From NCBI GenBank assembly GCA_038087875.1, contig CM075987.1:19532001-19596000 (forward strand): a stretch of 64,000 nt of DNA, in the 5' to 3' direction. Within the stretch, counting starts at the first letter, position 1. Each line of letters opens with the position of its first letter. Positions 48,245 to 61,120 of the stretch are shown in pieces. The notes under the pieces are model-generated. The model saw only the letters and a program-made list of their open reading frames with translations, searched no databases and had not been told where the DNA came from. The DNA is from Malacoraja senta. Its lineage: Eukaryota. Made by a program: the position numbers and the translations under genes.

Positions 48245-51200
48245 TAGGTATGTTACAATACTTACCTTCAGCGGCGCTGTAATTCTGCCACTGTCCGTGT
48301 GCGCGATTTTGGGGCCTTTAAGGGGGGGCGGGGTTAAAGCGCGGGTTTCTCCTCCCTTGTCCTGAATTATATTTTGTTGGAGTACCAGCCTCTGTGAAAG
48401 AATCGTTCCGGGTGCCGTTTTGCGTAGTTTGTTTAAAAAATCTCCCAACAAGTTCAGCGTTGGAATCATTTTAAAATCATCTTCTGAAGCGTCAACGCCA
48501 ACAACGGGGACGGATTCCACACAAGGGAAAGGTAAACGAATGTGCCTTATTTTAATGTATAAACGTTCTGCTTAAGAGGCCTTTAATTCACTTTTTTTCA
48601 TGCGACACGGTGATTTTTACCCCCGAATTAACGGCAGTATTTTTCATGCCAATACGGGGTTAAATTCACCGCAAATGAACGTTCCAAATAATCGCGTTCC
48701 AGAAATCCCCATTCGCAAGATGATATAAATTCCCATTAATTTACAGGTATTAAACATTCAATTCCTTCCATTTGGCCTGTAAATTCATGAAAATTAGAAT
48801 TAAAAATTATGTTATATTGTGAATTATTGTGTGAATATTATTTGGACACTTAAGCTTTTTAAAAATGTTAATCTATTCTTAAATAAATGGATAAATGTTT
48901 AAATCTAGTAATTGAATTTAGATGAAACTGATGATTTTCTTGTTGAGTATTTACTATTTGTTTTAGCATTTAACTTTATCATTTCTACCTTTTTTTCTAA
49001 AGCTGCAAATAATAACTTGTTTCTGTTAATGATGTTGAGTGTTTTTTTTAAAATTTACATTGTAAATAGATGTCTCCAAAGAAGAAATGCAAAATTGTCA
49101 ATCCAAAAGCCCAGGCAGGCATAGCTAGAGTTCAACTTGAAGAGAAGTTCTCTGTCATGCCTGAGTCTAAGAGGGATCTTAAAAATGGACACATCTTGTA
49201 CTTGTATACCTCGTTTGGAAAAAGTCTGCCTGAAACAGAGAAATCGCTGAGTTCACATTTCTCTTTGTCGGATGCAGAAGGCTATTCATTTGTTACTGTT
49301 AAGTTAAAAGTGAAGACTCTCGTTAACCGGACTTTGCTTAAGTTTAAAAAACTCACCAATCCCAAGGAACTTGGAGTATTTATGGAAATTTGTGATGAAA
49401 CTTTTAAACTTCCGGAAGGCAGTCAACACATTTCTTTAGATGACATTCCACTGCCTGGTGCTCAAGATCCTGAATCCTTGACATCTGCCGAAAGCCAAGT
49501 GCCCATATTTCAAGACACTGAGGACATGGGCGATGACAGTCATAGTCTGCATCCTCCACTGAATCTAGCAATGCCAACGACACCTGCTGCCTCACCTGAA
49601 CCAATGCCATCGACATCTAGTGTTTCAAAAAGATGTAGCAGAGAATTTCTAAGTCTTTCACCAGGGAAACAAAAATTGACGAAAAGACTAAAGTATATGT
49701 ACGAATCCAGGGCTGCTCTTTCAACAAAGTATCACACAAAGATCAGTGAACTTAGGGCACGGTTGAAAACTCCCAAACGTATAGTTAATCAAGCCTTAAA
49801 GAGAAAGCAAAACCAAATAGATTTAAAGGACAGAACGATTCAGGAACTCAAAACCAAATTACGTGATAATACTTCTGCACGAGTGCTTGCTAACACCAAG
49901 GCAGAGTTTTTGAAACTTAAAAAAGCACACAGACAATTGCTGATGTTTCGTGGCAGTACGAAAAGGAGGAAAACTGTTTCAATTCACCAGTACAGAAAAG
50001 TTCATGAAAATTTAAAGGACAGGGAAGAGGATGTGAGACGCCTCGAATTTGACAATCTTGTCCTCAAAGAAACAATCGAAAATCTGCAGGCTGCCAGTAT
50101 TGTCAAGGCAAAGGTGGGCCAGAAAACCTACTCCTCAACAATAAGGATGCATGTGTTTGACTGTATTGTAAACAAAGCTCCCACAGCAAACATTCCAATC
50201 CTGATAAGCCAGTTCTATAAGCGGAGTGGACTTCATCTGGATTATGTTCCTCGACGCAGTGCAGTTGAAGTTATGGCCCGAGAATTGGGAGCTATTGCTG
50301 AGTTGCAAACAGCAGAGATGCTCCTTGCAACAAGGGGTTTGACTGTGGGGTTTGATGCAACCACCCAGGAAGAGACCCACATTAACAGTGTTCATTTCAC
50401 CACCACAAACAACTGTCTCTCTGCAGCAGTTGATGAATTGGCTGGTGGGACTGCTGAGGACTATGCACAACATATTTGCGAAACAATTGACAATTTGTGT
50501 AAAACTTACATTTATTTTAATGAGCAAACAAATTTTCAAGATACAAGACAAAAGATAATCGACAACATTTCAAACACAATGAGTGACAGGTGTGCAGCTA
50601 ATCATGCTGCTATTAGAATTGTGAGTAGTGAGTGGGGTAAATATTTGAACGAGCTCTACTGCCACTTGCATCCTCTTGACTCCATTGCTACATCAGTTCG
50701 CTCAGCCCTAAAAATGCAGAAACAATCCGGAGGACAATTCTTATTTGGGAAAGACTGTCTAGCAGTAAATGCCATACTGCAGATGAGCAAACTTAGATAC
50801 AAAAACGGAAAAGGGGACCCAAAAGGATTTGTCGCATTTTTAGATGACAGGAACATCCCCCGAGGTGTCCTCCCACGGTACCGTGGCAACAGATTGCACA
50901 TACTGTTTCATATTAGTGGCAAGCTGATAGAATATTATGATGACTTTGTAGCACTGCTGAATAGCGGAACATCCTGTGGGGGGTTGAAAAGCGCCATCCT
51001 CCATGACTTCACCCAGGCTGAAGCAAAAGTAGAACTTCAGATATTGGGCTTACTTGGCAAATATCTGATTGGGCCTTGGATGAAACGCTTCTACACTTCA
51101 AGCCAGAATCAGATCAACCGTTGATGGCATCAAAGTGGTTAAAGGGGTGATTGCTGCTCTAAAGGAAGCCACAGAAAATCCAGAGAACATGATATTGGCA

Positions 51201-52515
51201 AGGGAAGATTTCTTCGGTGAGGAGGTACATCTTGACGCCACATTGAAAAAACTTTGGGAGCTACCAATACATCCACAGTTCAGTTCAAAGATGAGGAGCT
51301 GTCTTCAAGCTGTCATCACTGTGTTGGAGAGGCAATATAGTAAATACTTTGAACTTGATGTAACTGAGAAACTGAAGGAGGAGACTGCATCAGCAAGATC
51401 ACACAACATTGATGCGGAGGAGATAATGGGGATGTTTAGCTCATCGAAACAGAAATCTCCCAATGCCACCATGTGTTATTTGTCATGTAGGATGCGGGCC
51501 TGCAAGAATAGAACAGTCAATTACCTTGATAATCTCGAGGAGCATCGTAGGGAGGAGGTGCTCTGTAAGGCAATGAAATTGGGGAGAGTGCAGAGGAACA
51601 GACGGAAGAAAAAACAGAATGAATTGAGAGCAGAAATCATCAAGCGACAGAAAGGCAAGGAGCATGCTCGGGACACGAAAGAGAGGAAAAAAATAGAAAA
51701 AAAATTGAAAGAGACTGATTTAAACAGCATTCGCAGAGATTATCCAAATTTGGACTACTCCAAATGTGATGATCTACAGGACATACTTAATGGGAAAGTA
51801 GTGGGCAGAAAGGCATGTCATGTGTGGTTTGAAGAGCAAAAACCTGTAGTTTACAATGCCAAAATTGAAAAGTTGAGGAAAAACAAGGTGTACAGGGTTG
51901 CTTATTGGTTGCAATCTGACGAGTATGATGATGCTACTGATTTTGATATGCCAATGTACCAGCTAGCAGCTGATCTTCTCCTTAAAGATTTGGTCTTTTG
52001 CTAGAAATTGTAAATTAATTACCCATCTGTTATGGACTTACAGCATATAATACAATAATATTAAAGTTCTGATCTGGAGAATATCACATTTTTGAATTTT
52101 CAAAGCAGTCTGGGTGTTTATTACTATTTCCGTCACAACGGTCAATTTTGTAATTAGCTACAATTAAGTAACTAACTAATTATATGCTGCAATTTCAGGT
52201 CATCCAAGTAAGATTATTTTATATTTGTTTCAGAATGCTTCAATCTATAATAACTGAAAATTTCATTCAGTTCTCTTAATTTTTAAGAAAGTTATGGGCT
52301 TTTGACTGTCCTCGATCACAGCTTTTGAGACAAGTCAATGGAAAGGCAATAGGGAACAAGATGCTAATTTCCGAGTATGAAAATGGCCATAACTTTTTTA
52401 ATACTGAAGATATCAAAGTGAATTAGGTGTCAAATTAAACTTCTTGTAATGCTTTATCTGATGGGATAAATTACAGACTTGATTTTTAAAATCTCAAAAT
52501 TTTGTAACATTGCTA
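48245..52515 (+). mobile_element. hATw-type DNA transposon, autonomous-type copy, 7-bp TSD
   Basis: Termini taggtatgttacaa / ttgtaacattgcta; TSD ctgtatg at 48238-48244 and 52516-52522; internal long transposase ORF. Confidence 0.8.
49070..52004 (+). pseudogene. Divergent DDE transposase of ~975 aa, split by one frameshift at ~51119
   Basis: ORFs 49070-51124 and 51135-52004; candidate catalytic motifs GFDATT, MSDR, CHLH (CxxH), RYRGNR and HNIDAEE; N-terminal coiled-coil-like region. Confidence 0.75.
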
Positions 52516-53014
52516 CTGTATGAAGGGTGACAAGTCCTCCTTTAAGTCACACCATGGGGTTGGGCTGCTGCCCCATTTGTGAAGGCTGGCCAAGCAGGTG
52601 CCAAGTCCAGTCCTGAATAGTGTTGGTGGGCGAGGACTTCGATGAGGCATCGCTTGGCTGAGGCCTTCATTCGGAGAGCAGGTCCAACTGCTAGGTGCTC
52701 TTGAGGCTGGTCGTTGTTGCTGCTTTCGGCTTTGGGATGACTAGGATTCTTTGACTTGGCTCTCAGGCGTCGTCTTGTAGAATTTAGTCTGCTGGAAGGA
52801 TCATTGGCTTCCCCAGGCGAGCCTGGGTACTGACGGGGGGCGCGACGAGAACGCTGATCCATAGTCCCCCAATGAGAATAGTTTTTTTGTCGGCGGGTTC
52901 CCCGTAAAGAACGAGCAATTTAATTGGCTTAAGCCCATCACACACTATTTAAAATGGCTTTGACCCTTCTTCAGACTCAAGCATTTCTCCAGCATTTTTG
53001 TCTACTGCTCTATA

Positions 53015-54054
53015 TAGGTATGTTACAAAACTTACCTTCAGTCGCGCTGTAATTCTGCCACTGGCCGTGTGCGCGATTTTGGCGCCTTTAAGGGGGGGGG
53101 CGGGGTTAAAACGCGGGTTTCTCCCTTGTCCTGGAAATATTTTGTTGGAGTACAAAACTTCGCTGACAAAATCGTTCCTACTGGCGATTTGTGAATTTTT
53201 TTTAAAAATTAAATCGTCAATGTCAGTGCTAGAGTCATTTTAAAAGCAGCTCCTGAAGCGTCAACGCCAATAACGGGGACGGATTTCACACAATGGACAG
53301 GTAAACAAAAGTGCTTTCTTTAAATGTATAAAAGTGCTTCTTAAGAAGCCTTTAATTCACATTTTGTCATGCGACACGGTGATTTTATTCCCCGAATTAA
53401 CGGCAGTATTTTTCATGACAATACGGGGTTAAATTCACCGCAAATGAACGTTCCAAAAGACCGCGTTCCAGTAATCCTCACTCGCAAGATGAATTAAATC
53501 CCCATTAATTTACAGGTATTAAACATTCAATTCCTTCCATTTGGCCTGTAAATTCATGAAAATTAGATTTAAAAATTATGTTATATTGTGAATTATTGTG
53601 TGAATGTTATTTGGACACTTAGGCTATTTAAAAATGTTAATCTATTCTTAAGAAATTGATAGATGTTTAGATCTAGTAATTGAATTTTGTAATTAGCTAC
53701 AATTAGGTAACTAACTAATTATATGCTTTACTTTCATGTCTTCGAAGTAAGATTGTTTCATATTTGTTTCAGAATGCTTCAATCTATAATACCTGAAAAT
53801 TTCTTTCAGTTACCATAATTTTTAAGAAAGTTATGGGCTTTTAACTGTCCTCGATCACAGCTTTTGTGTTAAGTCAATGGAAAAGCAATAGGGAACTAGA
53901 TGCTAATTTCTGAGTATGATAATGGCCATAACTTTTTTAATACTGAAGATATGAAAGTGAATTAAGTGTCAAATTAAACTTCTTTTTATGCTTTATCTGA
54001 TGGGATAAATTGCAGACTTTATTTTTTAAATCTCAAAATTTTGTAACATTGCTA
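53015..54054 (+). mobile_element. Non-autonomous deletion derivative of the hATw-type element, 7-bp TSD
   Basis: Equals ~48245-48916 joined to ~52145-52515; TSD ctctata at 53008-53014 and 54055-54061. Confidence 0.88.
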
Positions 54055-55925
54055 CTCTATAGATGCTGCCTCACCCGCATTCCCATTCCCATGCAGATGG
54101 TGTGATAGGTGAGTCACGGTGGTGGTCCCAGCACCGGTCCCCCCCCCCCCCCCCCCGAGGCACCGCTCACACCTCCCACCCTCACCTCCGGCGGCTCTGT
54201 GTCCGGTGGCCGCTCTGTCCACACCCCATGGAGTTTTACCCCTTGCCCGGAGCCAGGAGCGGACCGTTGGTGCCGCGGGGATGAATCTCGGGCTAAGGCT
54301 CCGCTCCTATGCCTGACCCCCGGGTCACTGACCCTCACCTCCCCCGGACCCCCGGGTCACTGACCCTCACCTCCCCCGGACCCTAGTTGGACACAGAGAA
54401 CCTGGGCCGGCCTGCATTCCCGGGGAGGGGGGGAGAGAGGGAAATGTCTCCGCTCACTCCGGGTGTTGTCGCCGCTTCACTGACCCACACTCTCACACAC
54501 AACCTAACACACACCCTTACATAGACACTGGCGCACACAAGGTTTAAAGGGATCTGGGCCAAATGCGGATAAATGGGACGAGTTTAGATGGGGCATCTTG
54601 ATCTGCATGAACAAGTTGGAATGAAGGGCCTGTTTCCATGCTGTAAGACTATGACACACTGTAGAAAGGGTGCAATTGCTCTGGAGAGAATCCAGGGGCG
54701 ATTTATGAACATATTGGCAGGGCTGGAATTTTTGTTTCACTTTGAAGAAAGATTTGATAACTGGAATTGTATTCTCTGCAGCAACGGAGGTGAAGAAGAG
54801 ACTTCGTTGAGATGAATAATATTATGAGAATAGGATCTGTTTCGCTTAATAAAGAGTGTAAGAAGGAACTGCAGATGGTGGTTTAAACTGAAGATAGATA
54901 CTAAAAGCTGGAATAACTCAGCAGGACAGGCAGCATTTCTGGAGAGAAAGAATAGGTGATGTTTCGGGTCGAGACCTTCAGACTGAAGAGGTTGAAAACC
55001 AGCAACAAAACACAATGACTGGAGATGTGTGTTATCCAACTAAAGGCAGTAATCAGAATCATGTGTTCATCTTTATTGACGTGTCACCATAATAAATATT
55101 ACAGAAAAAATTAATGGGGTGGCACATCGGTAGAGTTGCTGCCTTGCAGCACCACAGACCCAGATTTTATCCTGACTACGGGTGCTGTCTGTACAGTATT
55201 TGTACATTCTCCTTATGACCACATGGTTTTCTGTGGAAATTCCGGTTTCTCCCACATCTGAAAGAAGTGCAGGTTTGTAGGTTAATTGGCTTCTGTAAAT
55301 TGTCCCTGGCATGTAGGATACAACTGGTGTAAGATACATTGCGGTCGGTGTCGACTTGGTGGGCCAAAGGGACTGTTTCCATATATATGTTTTACATATA
55401 TATCTTAATTTCATTGAACCATATACGGTTGAATATGTGGCATTATTTTCATCTTGTTTCTATAGTCAAAGGGCAAGATTAATTGATTTATTTGTGCAGA
55501 TCAGTGATGGAAGTCTGACTCCTCTTGCCTTGTTTCTATGTTTGTGTTTCTCTACATATGCATAACAGCATGAATTATAATCTGATTTCCATACAGGAAT
55601 ATACTAAGGTCATTCATGTGCTGCACCTGTTGATCAGAGCCTGGCTCTACTGTGGAAAGTAATTAGGAATGTAATTTAGCCTAACCTTATTCACACCTAA
55701 TCCAATTTGAAGTATAAATGTTGCATCGAGTGTAAGTTAAAAGTATGCACCAGATTCCACAATTTCAAACTGAAAAATGCAAAAGCTTCCTACCGTGGGA
55801 GGGGGGACATCCCTCTCTCACACCCACCCCTCCCCTCCCCCCCCCCCCCCCCACACAACCCCTCGGTTGCTGCACTCCCTCGAAATTTCTCACTCTCACC
55901 TCTAACCCAATGTTGCCAGCCCTGC

Positions 55926-57151
55926 TAGTTGCTGGGTGTCTTCTCTGGTGATGCTCTGCCAGGTCTGTATTGCAGCCATCTTTAGCTGATGCTTGTTTTG
56001 GGGGCTAGTCCTCTTCAGTTTTCCCTTCAGCATATAAAAGGCATATTTGGGATCATTGTCTTGCTGTAGAATAAACCGCCAGCCAATGTTTTGAGGCATT
56101 TGTTTGAAATTGAGCAGATAGGATGTGTCTATATACTTCAGAATTCATTATGCTACTACCATCGGCAGTTGTATCATCAATGCATATAAGTGAGCCAGTA
56201 CCTTCAGCAGCCATACATGCCCAGGCCATAACACTCCCACCACCGTGTTTCACAGATGAGGTGGTATACTTTGGATCTTGGGCACTTCCTTCTCACCTCC
56301 ATACTTTACTCTTGCCATCACTCTGAAATAAATTAATCATCGTCTCATCTGTCCACAAGACCTTTTTCCAGAACTGTGGTCGCTCTTTTAAGTACTTCTT
56401 GGCAAACTGTAAATCTTATTTTTGCGGCTAACCAGTGGATTACATCTTGCAGTGTAGCCTCTGTATTTCTGTTCATGAAGTCTTCTGTGGACAGTGGTAT
56501 TGACAGATTCACACCTGACACCTGAAGAGTGTTTTCTGATCTGTCAGACAGGTGTTTGGGGATTTTTCTTTATGATAGGGAGAATTCTTCTGTCATCAGC
56601 TGTGGAGGTCTTCCTTGGCCTGCCAGTCCCTTTGCGATTAGTAAGCTTACCAGTGCTCTTTCTTCTTAATTATGTTGATTTTGGTAAGCCTGTTTGGCTG
56701 ATGTCTCTGACAGTTTTATTCTTGTTTCTCACTCATAATGGCTTTTTTTAAAAACTTTAATTGGCACAACTTTGGTCTCATGTTGATAAACAGCAATAAA
56801 AGTTTCCAAAGGTGATGGAAAGACTAGGTGCTGAGAGCTCTCTTCTACCTGCATTAAGGAGGCAATTTAAACACACCTGAGCAATTACAAACACCTGTGA
56901 AGCCATGTGTCCCAAGCATTATGGTGCCCTGAAATCGGGGGGACTATGTATAAACACAGCTGTAATTTCTACATGGTGAAACCAAAATGTATAAAAATAC
57001 CCTTTAATAAAATCTGACAATGCACTGTAACTACATGTGATTTTTTTCTATTACAAATCTCAAATTGTGGAGTACAATTCTATTACAAATCACAAATTGT
57101 GGCAAATAAATAAATGATGGGTCTTTTTCCTAAACATTATGTAGGGCACTG
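55926..57151 (-). mobile_element. Tc1-family transposon, paralog of 6157-11416 and empty site for HERO
   Basis: VKHGGGSVMAWAC, QQDNDPK; terminus cactg|TA. Confidence 0.88.
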
Positions 57152-57171
57152 TAGATTTCTAGTTTGTTTTA

Positions 57172-59027
57172 TTTTTATTTTTTTTATTTTTTTATTTTTA
57201 TTTTATTAGAAGTAAGTACAATTGTATACAATCATATTTTCATAATACCTTTTATGTACAGCTTCTTATTTAAATTTTTTTTTGAAATAAAGAAGAAAAA
57301 GAAAAAAGTTCGATAATGAGAAATAGAAAAATGTGAGATATAGTGTGTGAAAAAGAAAAATAAAGAATGAAAAAAGAAAGTTGAGACATAGAAAATAGAA
57401 GAAAGAGAATAAAAGAAAAGAGAGAAGAAAAGAAAATAGAAGGAGATCATTTATAATCTTGACCATCCGCAGTCACGGATTAGCTTTTACACCTGTTTTG
57501 CACCATACGTTTCCAAAAGACGACAAATGGAGACCAACTCGTTATGAATTGGTCAAATTTATCTATTAGGAGGAATCGCATTTCCTCAAGATGTGCGGTA
57601 TCCAACATACTTGCAATCCACATTTTGAGCGTTGGTATTGGTGTATTTTTCCAAAATTTCAATATTAATTTTTTTGCTATTATTAAACCATAATTAAAAA
57701 TTGACTTTTGAGATGAGCTCAATTTGTTCCCGTCTTCCATTACCCCAAATATAATCAATTCATTATTGGGTTCCATTTTTGTCTTAAATAGTTTTAAATA
57801 TTTGAAATATTTGAAATCCAAAAATCCATGAAGTTTTATACAAGAAACAAAAGAGTGTGTTATAGTTGCGTCTTGGGTTAAACATTTATCGCAAATGGGC
57901 GATATATTTGGATAAAATTTATTTAATCTTGTTTTTGAGTAATATAATCTGTGTAAAATTTTTAATTGGATTAGATTATGTCTTGCGTTAATCGAACACT
58001 TGTGAATGTATGTCAAATACTTTTCCCATGTAGCCTTCGTATTTTTATCAATAATTCCCGTTCCCACTCTTCTCTAATTACCTCGGTCACAGGTAAATCT
58101 ATATTTAAGATACTATTATATAAATATGATATTAATTTTTGTGTATCAGCTTTTATATTCATTACTTCTTCTAGTAAATCAGGAGTTATTTTTTGATATC
58201 CCTGTATGTATGTCTTCAAAAAATTACAAATCTGAAAATATTTAAAATAATGAGTGTTTTTCAGTTTAAATTTTAATTGTAATTGTTGAAATGATAATAA
58301 ATCTCCCCATTTCATACATATCCCCGATCCTTTTAATTCCTAAACTTTCCCATTGATTATATATTTTATCCATCATAGATGGTTTAAATAAAGGATTATT
58401 CGCTATCGGTGTTAACAATGATAGGTTTCTTAATTTTAAGGATAATTTTATTTGTTTCCATATTCTTATTGTATCTTGTATAATTGGGTTTTTCTTATAT
58501 ATTGTATTGTTCATTTTTTTCGGGGAGAAGAGGATTGTTCCTATATTACAAGGATAACAATCCTCTTTCTCCATTTTTATCCATTCTGTCTGTTGAGTTG
58601 AACTATCCAACCAGTAAATTATATTCTTAATATGTATTGCCCAATAGTAATACAAAAAATTAGGGAGTGAAAGTCCCCCGACATCTTTTGGTGTACATAA
58701 GTGTTCTTTTTTAATTCTGTGTGATTTGTAATCCCAAACAAAATTAGTAATATTAGCGTTCAGTTTAGAAAAAAAATATTTTGGTACATATACTGGTATA
58801 GATTGAAATAGGTATAATAATTGTGGTAGGAAGCTCATTTTAATAGCATTTATTCTGCCTATTAATGATAAAGGGAGTGTTTTCCAAAATTTTATCATTA
58901 TATTAAGTTTATTTATTAAGGGTATAAAATTGGCATTGAATAAAGCTTTATGTTTTCTAGTAATCTGTATACCCAAATATTTGAATTTTTCTGTTGCTAT
59001 TTTAAAGGGGGATTTCAATAAGTGTAT
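57172..59027 (-). mobile_element. 5'-truncated L1-clade LINE, frameshifted, flanked by a 188-bp duplication
   Basis: [41 protein letters not shown]-rich tail at 57172-57205; direct repeats at 56984-57171 and 59028-59215. Confidence 0.9.
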
Positions 59028-59639
59028 AAAATGTATAAAAATACCCTTTAATAAAATCTGACAATGCACTGTAACTACATGTAATTTTTTTCTACTACAA
59101 ATCTCAAATTGTGGAGTACAATTCTATTACAAATCACAAATTGTGGCAAATAAATAAATGATGGGTCTTTTTCCTAAACATTATGTAGGGCACTGTAGAT
59201 TTCTAGTTTGTTTTAGAAGAAGCAACAAACAGATCCTGATTGACAAGGTGAAATCTGTAGCTAGATTACAGAGTAGTAGTACCGGATATAGTCTGTTCAT
59301 TGAGAGTAGAACATTTTGCCTTCAAGTAAAGGCTACATCTTTAAAGGATTCAAACTGCCAATTGACAGAACGTTCGTGCCCACAATGTCAAATCATTGAT
59401 GAAAACTATCGGGCCTTAGAGATGTGGTCTGTTTCCATTCACCAACTGTAGAACACGGTGAAGGACAGTGGACACACATTGGGTGGTGGACAAGTACAAA
59501 ACAAACTAGGTGAAGATGCAGACCAAATGCGTTTACTCTTGGATAGGTCAGGGGAAAGCAGGAGCCAGACTCGAAGAATGAGACTGCAACAGTAAGAGAG
59601 CTGCAAGACTATCTCAAGAAGTATTAAAGGTGAAGCATC

Positions 59640-61120
59640 CAGGACTTCATTAACTTCACCACCAATTTCCATCCTATACTCAAATTCACTTGGACCATCT
59701 CTGACACCTCTTTCCGTGCCCCCCTCTTGATCTCATCGTCTCCATCACAGGAGATACACTATTGACTGATGTCTGTTATAAACCTACTGACTCCCACAAC
59801 TATCTAGACTACATTTCTTCCCACCCTACTTCCTGCAAAGACTCTATGCCCCTACTCCCAATTCCTCTGTCTACGCTGCATCTGCGCCCAAGATGAGGTA
59901 TTCCATGATGTCCTCATTCTTTGGGGAATGGGGGTTCCCAACTTCCATCATTGATGAGGCCCTCACACGTGTCTCCTCGTTCCCCCTCATCTCTGCTGTT
60001 ACTTCCCGCCTAGTCACAACAGGGACAGAGTCCCCCTAGTCCTTGCCTTTCACCCCATCAGCCGTCGCACACAACACACAATCTTCCAACATTTTCGCCA
60101 CCTCCAACGGGATCCCACCACTAGTCACATCTTCCCTTTTCCCGTTCCACAGAGAACCTTCCCTCTGCAACTCCCTAGTTAAATCATCCCTTCCCACCCA
60201 AACCACCCCCTCCCCAGGTACCTTCCCCTGCAACCGCAGGTGATGCAACACCTGTCCATATACCTCCTCCCTCAACTCTGTCCAGGGACCCTGACAGTCA
60301 TAGTCTTAGCGATAGTGTGAAAACAGGCCCTTCGGCCCAACTCGCTCACAGCAGCCAACAATGTCCCAGCTACACTTGCCTGCGCTTGGTCCATATCCCT
60401 CCAAACCTGTTCTATCCATGAACCTGTCTAATTGTTTCTTAAACGATGGGATAATCCCAACCTCAATGACCTCCTCTGGCAGCTTGTTCCGTACACTCAC
60501 CACCCTTTGTGTGAAAAAGTTACCCTTCGGATTCCAATTAAATCTTTTCCCCTTCACCTTGAACCTATGTCCTCTGGTCCTCGATTCCCCTACTCTGGGC
60601 AAAAGACTGCATCTACCTGATCTATTCCTCTCATGATTTTGTATATAAGATCTCTCCTCATCTTCTTGCGCTCAATGGAATTGAGATCCAGCCTACTCAA
60701 CCTCTCCCTTTTACTCACATCCTCTAATCCTGGCAAAATCCTTGTAAATCTTTTCTGAACCCTTTCAAGCTTGACAATATCTTTCTTATAACATCCTTCA
60801 ACGTTAGGCAGAGGTTCACTTGCACCTCCTCCAACCTCATCTACTGTATCTGTTGTTCCAGGTGTGGACACAACTGCATCCACGAGACCAAACGTAGACT
60901 GGGCTATCATTTTGCTGAACATCTTTGCTCAGTCCGCCTGGACCTACCTAATCTCCCGGTTGCCAAACACTTTAATTCCTCTTCCCATTCCCACACTGAC
61001 CTTTCTGGCCTGGGCCCCCTCCATTGTCGAGTGAGACTAAATGCAAATTGGAGGAACAGTACCTCATATTTCGCTGGGGCAGCTTACAACCCAGCGGTAT
61101 ATTGATTTCTCTAACTTGCA
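59640..61120 (+). mobile_element. Penelope-like element (RT end and GIY-YIG region), split by an antisense CR1 fragment at ~60310-60790
   Basis: GTFPCNRR.CNTC, then RQRFTCTSSNLIYCICCSRCG after the CR1. Confidence 0.75.

Larger units (their letters stand above)
55926..60444. repeat. Segmental duplicate of 6421-12581 (Tc1, unique spacer, Penelope, CR1)
   Basis: Shared TE junctions, e.g. cactg|tagatttctagtttg...agaagcaacaaacagatcctgattgaca. This copy lacks HERO and carries an L1. Confidence 0.93.

Noticed and set aside
51119..51135. Two-gene organisation or TGA recoding in the hATw-type element
   Set aside because: The ORFs are in different frames and the catalytic motifs are split between them; a simple indel explains it.
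52542..52862. 106-aa ATG ORF between the two hATw-type elements
   Set aside because: No recognisable motif or splice context; possibly a TE 5' fragment, and I cannot support a call.
48245..54054. Long direct repeats around the transposase, suggesting an LTR-like or KolobokP-like element
   Set aside because: They resolve into two separate TIR elements, each with its own 7-bp TSD.
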